From Betaproteobacteria bacterium (lineage in GTDB: Bacteria > Pseudomonadota > Gammaproteobacteria > Burkholderiales > Usitatibacteraceae), in assembly GCA_016711875.1 (NCBI GenBank), contig JADJSD010000006.1, positions 99,470 to 163,469 on the forward strand: a DNA stretch of 64,000 nucleotides, written 5' to 3'. A model generated the notes under the pieces. It searched no databases, was not told the origin of the DNA, and was given only the letters and a program-made list of their open reading frames with translations. Below, piece after piece: positions 14,555 to 24,800 of the stretch (position 1 is the first letter of the stretch; each line of letters starts with the position of its first letter). A program made the translations under genes and the position numbers.

Positions 14555-16822
14555 ATGCCCCGATTCGCGCCGCGCCGCCTCGCCCTCGCCTGCCTGTTCT
14601 CCCTCACGCCCGTTCTCGCGCAGCAGCCCGCCGACCCGCCGGCGGCAAGGGACGCGGCGCCCGCCAGGCCGGCGACGCCACCCGCGAAGCCCGCGGCCAG
14701 GGCCGATTCGCCGGCCAAGGTGGATTCCATCAGCGTCGAGCAGAAGCGCACCACCACGTCGGACCGGCGCGACTCCACCGCCTCGAAGATCGTGATCGGG
14801 CGCGACGAGATCGAGCAGTACGGCGACACCAACCTGTCCGACGTGCTGCGCCGGCTCCCCGGCGTGACCCAGGGCGGGCGCCCGGGCCGCGGCGGCCCCA
14901 TCGCGTTCCGGGGCCTGGGCGGGGGCTTCACGCAGATCCTGATCAACGGCGAGCGCATCCCGCCGGGCTTCTCCATCGAGGACATCGCGCCCGAGCAGGT
15001 CGAGCGCATCGAGATCCTGCGCGCGCCCACGGCCGAGACGGGCACGCGCGCCATCGCGGGCACCATCAACATCGTGCTGCGCGAGGCGCTGAGGAAGCGC
15101 ATGAACGACTTCAAGCTGGGCGCCACGCACGAGAACGGCCGCACCGGGTTCAACGGCTCCTATACGCGCAACGACACTTTCAGCGAGACGGGCAGCTACA
15201 ACATCACCATCTCGCCCACGTACCGCAACACGCGCAACGAATCCGACATCCGCAACGTGTTCACCGACCTGCCCTCGGGCGAGGTCACGCGCGACCAGGC
15301 CATCCAGTCGCAGAACACGGGCGAGAACAAGAGCGTCTTCGCGACGGCCCGCCTTCAGTGGCGCCTCGGTCCGGGCGAGCAGGCGAGCTTCCAGCCCTTC
15401 GTGGTGTCCTCGCGCAACGAGAGCATCACCGACTCGCGCCTCACCCAGGCCGTGGGCCTCGCGCCCTACGACACGGCGCGCGGCCGTTTCGAGTCGGGCT
15501 TCGACTCGGCGCGCTTCATGACCATGCTGCAGAAGCGGTTCGACCCCCTCACGACCTACGAGCTGCGCGGCGGCGCCGGGCGCTTCACGGTGGACGTGGA
15601 CGGCCGCACCGAGCAGTTCGACCGCGCGGGCACCCGCACGCTGCTGCAGACGACGGTGAACGACATCTCGGACCGCTCGTGGAACGTGGCGGGCAAGCTG
15701 GCGCGGCGCTGGGGCGAGACGCACAACTTCTCCACGGGCCTCGAGCGCGAGGAATCGCAGCGCACCGAAAGGCCGCTCACGATCGTGAACGGCGTGCCGC
15801 AGCTCGCCGGTTTCGGGGCGCAATACGACGTGGGCACCGAGCGTTCGGCGCTCTGGATGCAGGACGAGTGGGACCCGAACCCGAACTGGTCCACGTCGCT
15901 GGGCGTGCGCTGGGAGGAGATCCTCACGAAGAGCCAGGACGAGAGCGCGCCGGTGCGCAACGCGAGCCGCGTGGTGAACCCGCTCGCGCACCTGGTGTGG
16001 CGCTTCGACGCGCCCAAGCGCGACCAGCTGCGCCTGTCGCTCACGCAGAGCTATCGCGCGCCGCCCACGCAGAACCTCGTCGCCCGCCCGCGCCTGAACT
16101 CGCAGGATCCGGTGCCCGGCCCCAACGAGCCGACGAGCGCGGACTTCGCCGGCAACCCGAACCTGAAGCCCGAGGTCGCCAACGGCCTGGAGTTCGCCTT
16201 CGAGCGCTACCTCAAGCAGAACGGCGTCGTGTCGGTGAACGTCTTCACGCGCCGCATCCGCGACGTGATCCGCAGCGTGACGGAGCTGGAGACGGTGAGC
16301 TGGTCCCCTTCGCCGCGCTGGGTCACGCGACCGCAGAACTTCGGCCGCGCGCAGACGGCGGGCCTGGAGTTCGACACCAAGTTCGTCCTGACGGAACTCG
16401 TCGAGGGGGCGCCCGCGGTCAACGTGCGCGCCAACGTGTCGTTCTTCCGCTCGAAGGTGGACGAGGTTCCGGGCCCGGACAACCGCCTCGCGAGCCAGCC
16501 GGACATGACGGCCAACGTCGGCGCCGACTACCGCTTGCGCGGCTCGCCCTTCGCCGTGGGCGCGGCCGTCAACTGGACGCCGGGCTACGACACGCGCCTC
16601 ACCTTCGAGCAGCGCGAGAGCGCGGGCCGCAAGGCGGCGTGGGACACCTACCTCCTCTGGCACATCGACGCGGCCACGCGGCTTCGCTTCACGCTCGCGG
16701 GCGTCGTGCCGCGCGATTCGCACACGGCATCCTCGTACGAGCTTCCGTCGGAGTTCCAGCAGTCGCGCACGGTGGGTCGCGGCTATCTCGTCACGGGCCT
16801 TCGCTTCGAGATGCGGCTCTAG
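14555..16822 (+). CDS. TonB-dependent outer-membrane receptor
   Basis: Start ATG 14555 within ORF 13082..16822, with signal peptide MPRFAPRRLALACLFSLTPVLAQQ. Plug-domain motifs are present (DTNLSDVLRRLPGV, IAFRGLGGGFTQILINGERI, VERIEILRAPTAETGTRAIAGTINIV). The protein ends in an aromatic residue-containing beta-barrel terminus (...GLRFEMRL). Confidence 0.9.
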   Translation: MPRFAPRRLALACLFSLTPVLAQQPADPPAARDAAPARPATPPAKPAARADSPAKVDSISVEQKRTTTSDRRDSTASKIVIGRDEIEQYGDTNLSDVLRRLPGVTQGGRPGRGGPIAFRGLGGGFTQILINGERIPPGFSIEDIAPEQVERIEILRAPTAETGTRAIAGTINIVLREALRKRMNDFKLGATHENGRTGFNGSYTRNDTFSETGSYNITISPTYRNTRNESDIRNVFTDLPSGEVTRDQAIQSQNTGENKSVFATARLQWRLGPGEQASFQPFVVSSRNESITDSRLTQAVGLAPYDTARGRFESGFDSARFMTMLQKRFDPLTTYELRGGAGRFTVDVDGRTEQFDRAGTRTLLQTTVNDISDRSWNVAGKLARRWGETHNFSTGLEREESQRTERPLTIVNGVPQLAGFGAQYDVGTERSALWMQDEWDPNPNWSTSLGVRWEEILTKSQDESAPVRNASRVVNPLAHLVWRFDAPKRDQLRLSLTQSYRAPPTQNLVARPRLNSQDPVPGPNEPTSADFAGNPNLKPEVANGLEFAFERYLKQNGVVSVNVFTRRIRDVIRSVTELETVSWSPSPRWVTRPQNFGRAQTAGLEFDTKFVLTELVEGAPAVNVRANVSFFRSKVDEVPGPDNRLASQPDMTANVGADYRLRGSPFAVGAAVNWTPGYDTRLTFEQRESAGRKAAWDTYLLWHIDAATRLRFTLAGVVPRDSHTASSYELPSEFQQSRTVGRGYLVTGLRFEMRL

Positions 16823-17430
16823 AGGGCGCCGGCCTTTTTCAGCACCTTCGCCACGGCCTCGGCGATGCGCCGGTAGCCCTCGGCATTGGGGTGCACGAGA
16901 TCGCTCTTCAGGCTGCTGCTGCCGAGCACGTCGGCCAGCACCTCGGTCTCGACCGGCACCGAGAGCTCCTTGCCGATCTCCCCGTAGAACTTCACCTTCG
17001 AGACGCCGAAGCCGGGCTTGGGCGTCGCCAGCAGCACCACGGCGACCCCCTGCTGCTGCGCGAGCCGCACCATGGCCTTCACGTTGGCCGCCGCGCTTTC
17101 CTCGCCGAGCTTTCTCAGGAAGTCATTGCCGCCGTGGCAAAGGATGAGCAGTGCCGGTTTCGATTCCTCCAGCAGCCGGGGAAGGCGCTCGAGGCCCTCG
17201 GCCGAGACTTCGCCGGGCACGCCGGCGGCGACGACCTTGCGGCCGATCATCCGCTCCAGTTCGGCGGGATAAGCCTGGGCGGGCGTCGCGCCGGTGCCGA
17301 AGGTGAGGCTGTCGCCGAACGCGAGCACGACGGCGTCGCCACCCAGTTTCGGGAGCTTCGGATAGGAAGGGCCGCAGCCCGCGAGGGCGGCGGCCCCGAT
17401 GAACGCCAGCAGGAGGAAGGTTCGTCGCAC
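16819..17430 (-). CDS. SGNH/GDSL-family hydrolase lipoprotein (arylesterase-like)
   Basis: 203 aa with lipobox LAGC. Blocks present: FGDSLTFG, GVPGE, CHGGNDF and DLVHPN. Confidence 0.85.
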   Translation of the reverse strand: MRRTFLLLAFIGAAALAGCGPSYPKLPKLGGDAVVLAFGDSLTFGTGATPAQAYPAELERMIGRKVVAAGVPGEVSAEGLERLPRLLEESKPALLILCHGGNDFLRKLGEESAAANVKAMVRLAQQQGVAVVLLATPKPGFGVSKVKFYGEIGKELSVPVETEVLADVLGSSSLKSDLVHPNAEGYRRIAEAVAKVLKKAGAL

Positions 17431-17471
17431 GCCGGTCCTTGTTCGGGCCGGCGCGCGGCGCGCCGGGCGGA

Positions 17472-20400
17472 TTACGGTAGCACGCGCCAGGCGGTCGGAT
17501 GCGAAAGCACCACAACGCCGAGGAAGGCCCCGTTCCGGTAGCGCAAGGACTTGAGTTCTCCCGCGCCGCTCGTGAAAAGCAGGTCGAGCCCGCCGTCGCC
17601 GTCGAAGTCCGCCACCTGCACGAGGCGCCAGTCGCCGCCGGCGGGGACCGCCGTGAGGCTCGAGATCGCGTAGTCCCTGCCGAGCGTGGCGATGGCGACC
17701 TGGTGGTTCGGTCCTCGAGGACGAGGTCGTCCGCGAAGTCGCCGTCGAAGTCCACGACGTCGCTCACGCGCCAGCCGGCCGGGATCGCGAGGGCCGAGCG
17801 CAGCGGGGGCGAGAGGCCGTCGAGCCGCCAGAGGGCCGCCTCGCCGGCCGGACCCTCGAGCACGAGGTCCGTGCGCCCGTCGCCGTCAAAATCGCCGCCG
17901 CGCGCGACCTTCCAGCCCTCGGCCGGCCAGGCGATGTCGGTGAACCTGCCCCCCGCGGCGCCCGCGATGGATTGCAGCCGGATGTCGGTGGCGGTGGCGA
18001 GGACGAGATCGGCCTGCCCGTCGGCATCGAGATCGGCCACCGCGAGGAACGCGAGACCCGCCTTCGGGTCGGCCAGCGCCGACCGGGATTTCACGGCCGG
18101 GCCGTCCATCGTCCAGATCGCGAGCGAGCCGTCGGCCGCCTTCACGAGCAGGTCGTCCTTGCCGTCGCCGTCGAAGTCGCCGATGGCCTCGATCGCGTCG
18201 TCGCTCGCGAGATCGGCGAGTTCGGTGACACGCGCGACGCCGATGCCGTCAAGGGCCCACACCTGCGTGCGGCCATCGTCGTGGCGAAGCACGAGATCCG
18301 ACGTGCCCGCGCCGTCGAAGTCGGCGAATCCCGCGACGTGCCAGCCCGAGCCGTCCGGCAGGAGCTGCTGCCCGTCCATCGGGGCGTTGTCGTTGGACGT
18401 GAGGATCGCGAGGCCGCCGGAGGCCGTCTCGAAGAAGATCGGCGTGCGGCCGTCGCCCGTCGTGTCGCGGTTGCGCGCGGCGGGGTTCGTGGTCTTCACG
18501 AACACCGCGATCGGGGTCGAGGAGGCCGCGTGATAGTTCGTGTCGCCGCCGTACCGCGTCGTGACGGCGCGCGGGCCGTTGGCGATGCGGTTCGTCGAGC
18601 ACGTGGCGTGTCCGCGGTCGAGCGCGATGCCGGCGCAGCCCGCGATCGGCACGCCGTCGATCAGGAAATCGACCTTGCCCGTCACGGCGCCGTACGCGCC
18701 GCGGGCGTCCAGCGTCACGACGAGGGGCGCGCGGTAGTTCACGACCGGCGGGGTCGCGACCGCCACGAGTGCGGCGTCCAGGTGGTCGATGGCGATGGTG
18801 ATGATCGCCGGCGCGGGCGGCAGGTACGACGCGTCGCCCGGTTGCGTGGCCTGGACCGAGCAGGTGCCCGGCGCGATCGCGCGCACCTCGGTGCCCGAGA
18901 CCGTGCATACCGCGGGCGTGAGGGACACGAGCGTCACCGGTTGCGCGGAGGGGCCGCCGTTCACGGTGACCGTCCCGCCCTGGCCGAGGGTGATCGTCGC
19001 CGGCGGCGTGAGGGTGATCGCCTGCGCCGCGCGTTCGACGAGCGGCGTGGCCGCGGAACACGATTCCGTGCCGGCGAGGTCGCCCGAGGCGGCCTTCGGC
19101 GTCACGCAGTAGAAAAGGTACTGGCCGACATCGGCGGTCTGAACGACGTGCGGGCGCGCGGCGCCGCCGGTTGCCCCCTGCGAGACGACCGCATTGTCGC
19201 CCGCGGTGGCGAGGGAGGCGTCGGCGGAGCGGACCCAGCGGAACGCGGTGCCCGACGGACCCGCATCCTCGGGGTCGCCTTCGCTGTCGGCGTAGGTGTA
19301 TCGGCCCGTGAGCGTGTCGCCGAAGCGCGGTGTGGCGTTGGGACCCGTGGCCGCGACGGCGCTCGCGATCGGCGGCGTGTTGGCCACGAAGGTCGCGGAG
19401 ACCGTGCAGGAGGCCGTGAGCGGGGCGACCGTGTAGGTGCCGCCTGCGATGGCCGTGCCGGCGAACTGCCCGCCGCAACCCGAGACGGACTGCACGAGGT
19501 GGCCGGCCTGCGGGGTGACCGTGAAGGTGGGTGTCGCGCCGTAGGCGCCATCGACCGGCGCGGACAGCGTGCCGCTGCCGGCGACGGCGGTCGACACGCC
19601 GTAGTGGCGCGTCGCGCCGCAGGAGGCCGTGGTGCCCGTGTTGGCGCCCGCGCAGCTCCAGGAGAAGGCGGTGGAGCCCGCCGCAACCGCGCTCGCGCTT
19701 CCGGCGCTGCACAGTTGCGTCGGCGTCGAGACGAGGGTCGCGCCGTCGTCGCCGCCGCACGCACCGTTCACGATGGCCACGAAGGTCGCGGCCACGACGC
19801 AGTTCGCGGTGATGGCTCCGGTGGTGTAAGTGCTGCCCGCGAGCGAGCCGCCGCAGCCGGAGACGGATTGCACGACCCAGCCGGCGCTCGGCGTGACGGT
19901 GAAGGCGGGCGTCGCGTGGTACGCGACGTTCTGCGAGGCGGAGATCGTGCCGCTGCCCGAGACGACGGAGGCCGTCACGGCGTAGAGACGCGGGGCCGTG
20001 CAGGAAGCGGTCGTGCCCGTGTTGGCGCCGGCGCAGCTCCAGTCGTAAGCGGAACTGCCTGTCGTGACGCCACTCGGCGTGCCGGTGGTGCAAAGCGCCG
20101 CCGTCGGCGTGGCGAGCGTGCTCGCGCCGTGGTCGGAACCGCACGCGCCATTCACGATGGCGACGAAAGTGGCGCTTACGGAGCAGTTCGCCGTGACGGC
20201 GCCGGTGGTGTACGTGGTGCCGGAGAGGGAGCCGCCGCAGCCGGTGACCGACTGGACAACCCAGCCCGCGCCGGGTGTCACGGCGAAGGACGGCGTCGCG
20301 CCGTAGGTCACGTTCTGCGAGGCGGACACAGTGCCGGTACCCGAGGCGACGGACGCGCTCGCGGTGTACAGGCGCGTGGCGAAGCACGACGCGGTGCTGC

Positions 20401-21730
20401 CGCCATTGGTGCCGGCGCAGGACCAGTCGTACGACGCGTTGCCCGTCGTGACCGCGCTCGCGCCGCCGGCCGAGCACAGGGCCGAAGGCGCCGCGAGGCG
20501 GCTCGTGCCCTGGTCGGCGCCGCACGCGCCGTTCACCTGGGCGATGAAGGTCGCGCTCACGCTGCAGGCCGCAGTGACCGGGGCCGTCGTGTAGGTGTTG
20601 CCCGCGAGGGAACCGCCGCAGCCGGTGACCGACTGGATCACCGAGCCCGCGTTGGGCGCCACGGTGAAGGCGGGCGTGGCGTTGTAGGCGACGTTCTGCG
20701 AGGCGGAGACCGTGCCGCTGCCCGAGGCGACGCTCGTCGTCACGGGGTAGTGGCGGGTCGCCGAGCAGGAGGCCGTGGAGCCGCCGCCGCTGCCCGAGCA
20801 GGACCAGGCGTAGTCCGTCGTTCCCGAGGTGACGGCGCTCGCCGATCCGGCCGAGCACAACGACGTGGGCGTCGTCGTGAGCGTCGCCCCACCGTGCGCG
20901 CCGCACGAGCCGCTCACCACGGACAGCGGCGTCACGGCGTTGCTCGGGCTGGACGGATCGCTGAAGACCGTCGCGCTCTTCTGGGCCGAGACGGTGAAGG
21001 TGTAGGTGGTTCCGTTCGTGAGTCCGCCCACCGTGATGGGGCTGCCGGCGCCGGTCGCCGTGATGCCGCCGGGGGAGGACGTGATGGTGTAGCCCGTGAC
21101 GCCGCTCGAGGCGGAAGGCGTGAAGCCCACCGTCGCGCTGGCGTTGCCGGCGACGGCGGTGACGGCCGTCGGGGCCGCGGGGGCCGTCGGGTTGGCCGTG
21201 GCGCCCGTGACGTTCACGAGCAGGTCGACCGTCGTGCCGTAGGTGTAGCTGCCGCACAGGGCCGGGGAGGCGGCGTACTGCATGATCATGCGCACGTACA
21301 TCGGGCCGTTGTAGGACGAGGACGGGATGCTGATCGAGCCGGAGAAGGTGCGGAACGTCGCGAAATCCGCGTTCTGGTCGAACACGAGCTCGGCCGGATC
21401 CTCGATCGCGCCGTTCTGGTTCTGGTCGAACCAGAACTTCACGTACTCCTGGTAGGAGGTGCCATCCGTGAGCACGTCGACTTCCACCGTGTACGACTGA
21501 CCGGCCTGCAGGGTGGCGACGGCCGTGGCTGTCGCGTCGTGGTAGCCCGTCTTCGGTATCGTGACCGAGGTGCCGTTGATGGCGACGCGGGTCACCCATT
21601 CGTAATTCTGGTTGGAGCCCACCGAGGAGCACAGAGGCGAGACCGCGCGCGCGGGCGGCGATGCCGCGATGACGAGCAGCGCGAGGAAGGCGAGCAGGGA
21701 GCCTGCGAGGCCTCGGGATCGGGAGTTCAT
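17472..21730 (-). CDS. Giant secreted surface protein 1, with one frameshift near the 3' end as assembled. Domains: GEVED-like N-terminal domain, FN3, 4 x Cys-motif + InlB-B-type modules, Ig-like domains, FG-GAP/VCBS repeats.
   Basis: Start ATG (comp.) 21728-21730 with signal peptide MNSRSRGLAGSLLAFLALLVIAASPPARA. ORF 17123..21730 is coherent up to ...DVVDFDGDFADDLVLED (about 17708) and then becomes Arg/Pro nonsense. A 1-nt shift at about 17705-17713 gives PNHQVAIATLGRDYAISSLTAVPAGGDWRLVQVADFDGDGGLDLLFTSGAGELKSLRYRNGAFLGVVVLSHPTAWRVLP* (stop comp. 17472-17474), which is colinear with the paralog's C-terminus. FG-GAP-type motifs present: FDGDGKDDLLV, DLDADGQADLVL, FDGDGRTDLVL. Confidence 0.8.
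19382..20914 (-). repeat. Four tandem coding repeats of about 126-129 codons inside giant gene 1
   Basis: Protein residues about 273-783. Each unit is N-G-A-C-G...(L)C(S/T)(A/T)G...Y(D/A)WSC(A/S)G...(S/T)ASC.A.R.Y, then ...SG.GT.SASQNV.Y.ATP.F.V.P.AG.V.QSV.GCGGSL.G..YTT..(V/I)TA.C.V.ATF(V/I)A. Confidence 0.85.
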
Positions 21731-21842
21731 GGGTTGACCTCGTGGGGATGGCGCACGGATGCGGACTCATCCAGCCTGATCCCGCCGTCTGCCGTTCGAT
21801 CGCCGGAAAAGAAGGGTGATGACGGTTCCCGGTTGACCTGCG

Positions 21843-21873
21843 TCAACGAAGAACGCCGGCCCGAAGGCCGGCG
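21843..21873 (-). terminator. Rho-independent terminator candidate after giant gene 2
   Basis: On the minus strand, CGCCGGCC-TTCG-GGCCGGCG (plus-strand 21854-21873) is followed by TTCTTCGTT. It lies 24 nt downstream of the inferred stop at 21898. Confidence 0.5.
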
Positions 21874-21897
21874 CTTCCCGGGGGGGCGGCGAACGTC

Positions 21898-24800
21898 CTA
21901 GGGGATCACGCTCCAGCGCAGCGTCGGCAGGTGGATCACCGCCTCGCCCTCGTACAGGCCCCCCGCTGGTACAGCGCCGTGACCACTTCGCCCCGGTCGC
22001 TAGTGAAGAGCAGGTCGAGGAAGCCGTCGCCGTCGTAGTCGCCGACCTGCCAGAGCTTCCAGTCCGAGGCCTCGGCGAGCGTGCCGATGCTCAGGCTCGC
22101 CAGCTCCTGCGCGAAGTAGGCGATGGAGACCTTGCCTTCCGGGCTCACGAGGATCAGGTCGTCGATGAAGCTCGCGTCGAAGTCCACCACGTCCGTCACC
22201 TTCCAGCCCGCCGGCACGGCGTTCACCGACTGCTGCGCGAGGGCGATGCCGTCCAGGCGCCAGACCATCACGTGGCCCTTGAAGTCCTCGAAGACGAGGT
22301 CCGTGCGGCCGTCACCGTCGAAGTCGCCGGTGTGGGTGAGCGCGTAGCCGTCGCCGGGCATCGGGAAGTCCGCGTACTCGGCGGCGGCGCCGTTCTCGAT
22401 GCGCTGCAGGCGGAGGCCGGTCGGCGTGCGCAGGACGAGATCCGCATGGCCCAGGCCGTTGAAGTCGGCCACGAGCGCGAACTCGATGCCCTCGCCCGGG
22501 ACCGTCACGTCGATCGTGCCCTGCACGCGCCCGGCCTTCATGAGCGCGATGGCGAGCGATCCGTCCAGGCGCTTCACGAGGAGGTCGTCGATGCCGTCGC
22601 CGTCGAAGTCCGCGAACGCGAGGACCTTCGTGCCGGCGGGAATGTCGGTGAAGTCGGCGCGCTTCAGGATGCCGATGCCCTCGAGGCTCACGATCTGGAA
22701 GCGGCCGTCCTCATGCTCGATGAAGACGTCCGGGTTCGCGTCCCCGTCGAAGTCGCCGAAGCCCGTCACGTGCCAACGCGAGCCTTCCGGCAGCAGGTTC
22801 TGCCCGTCGGAAGGGACGCGGTCGCGGCCGTTGATGGTCTGGATGGAGAAGCCGCCGTCGGCCGTCTCGTAGAAGAGCGCGGTGCGGCCGTCGCCCGTCA
22901 CGTCACGGCCGCGCGAGCCCGGATTGGTGGCCTTCACGACCATCGCCTGGGCCGGCGCGTGGCCCGCCTTGTAGTTGGTGTCGCCACCGTAGCGGGCCGT
23001 GGCCGGGCGCTGGCCGACGGGCAGGCGGTTGGTCGCGCATTCGGCCTTGCCCTTGGAGAGCGTGACCCTGGCGCAGCCGGGGATCACGTTGTCGCCGTAG
23101 TAGAAGCCCACCTCGCCCGTGACTTCCTGGTAGCTGCCTGTCGCCTCGAAGAAGAACGTGACCTTCGAGCGGTACCTGGCCGGCGCGGGGTTCGCGGCGA
23201 GCGCGAGCCGGGCGTCGAGCCGGTCGATGATGACCGTTTGCGTCACCGAGACCGGGGCGTGGTAGTTGTCGTCGCCGCCTTGCGTCGCGACGATGGTGCA
23301 GGCGCCCGGACCGATCGCGCGCACCGCGTTGCCTTCGACCACGCAGACCGACGGCGTGAGGGTCGAGAGCGTGACCGGGGACGTGGACGGGCCGCCGGTC
23401 GGGTTCGCCGTGGTGTGGGTGCCCAGGGTGATGGTCGGCATCGGGGGCAGTGTGATGACCTGCGCGCCACGGCCGACCGCGACCTGGAGCAGGACCTGCG
23501 GAGCGGGGTTCCAGTCGGCGGTGCCTTCCTGGTCCGCGGCGATGACGCACGTGCCCGCGACGAGGCCGCTCACCGTGTTGCCCGAGAGCGCGCAGACGGC
23601 CGGGGTCACGTTCGAGAACACCACGGGCCTGCCGGAGGCGCCGCCCGTCGCGCCGACGCTGCCGCTCGTGCCGACGGTGACCGTCGGGGCCGGGGCGAAC
23701 GCGATGGCCTGGTCCCCCTCTGCCGATGGTGAAGGTGAGTGTGCCCTGCGGGCGCGGCCCGGGTGGGGTACGCGGCATTGCCCGAGGCCTGGTTGGCGGT
23801 GAGGTGTGCCTCGCGGGCCCCCCCCCCCCCGGCGGATGCAGCTGCCCGCCGTGATGCCGGTGACGGTGCTGCCCGCGAGGCTGCAGACGGCCGGCGTGGT
23901 GTTCGCGAGGACGACGGCAATGCCCGAATCGCCGCCGGTGACCGAGACCGTGCCGCTGCCGGAGACGACCACGGCCGGGATCGTGCCGAAGGTGATGGAC
24001 TGCGGGGCCTTCTCGACGGCGGCGGAGGCGACCGAGCAGGCCTCGACGCCCGAGGCGACGCCGGTGGCGGCCTTCGGGGTCACGCAGTAGAAGAGGTACT
24101 TGCCGACGTCGCCGGCCTGGATCACGTAGTTGCGCGTGACGCCGCCAGTGACGCCGCTCGCCACGACGACGTTGTCGCCCGCCGTGACGAGGGTCGCGTC
24201 GTCGGAGAGGATGAAGCGGTAGGCGGAGCCCGAATGCGCCCTTGTCCTGCAGGGTCGCCGTCGGCATCGTGATAGGCGTACGTGCCCGCCACGCCGCTCC
24301 CGAAGCGCGGGGTCGCCACGGCGTTGGGCGCGATGGCCACGGATTGGGCCACGGGCGCGACGTTCGCGAGGAACGAAGCGCTCACCGTGCAGGCCGCCGT
24401 GACCGGGGCCGTCGTGTAGACGCTGCCCGAGAGCGAGCCGCCGCAGCCGCTGACCGACTGGAGCGAGTAGCCCGCGGCCGGCGTGACGGTGAACTGCGGC
24501 TGCGCGTTGTATGCCACGTCCTGCGACGGGGTGATCGTGCCGCTGCCGGCCGCGATGCTCGAGCCCACGTGGTACTGGCGCGGGGCGTAGCAGGCGACGC
24601 TGGAGCCGCCGCCGATGCCGGCACAGGTCCAGTCGTAGGAGGTGTTGGCCGAGGAGACCGCGCCGGCCGTGCCGGAAGTGCAGAGCAGGCTGGCCGGGGC
24701 CGAAGTCACCGCGGCGAGGTGCGCGGCGCCGCAGGCGCCGTTCGCGACCGCGAGGCCCGTGCCGGTGAGCGCGACCGTCTCATTGGTGGCGTTGGAACTG

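Noticed and set aside
19382-20914. Regular tandem repeats that might suggest a CRISPR array or a satellite
   Set aside because: The units are about 384 bp, contiguous with no spacers, in frame and protein-coding within a single ORF.
17972-21901. 1309-aa plus-strand ORF and 1173-aa minus-strand alternative-frame ORF (18249..21770) across giant gene 1; likewise 24242..26167 (+) and 24780..26216 (-) across giant gene 2
   Set aside because: These are Arg/Gly/Asp-rich nonsense translations. Only one frame gives a signal peptide followed by recognisable Ig-like, FN3 and FG-GAP modules.
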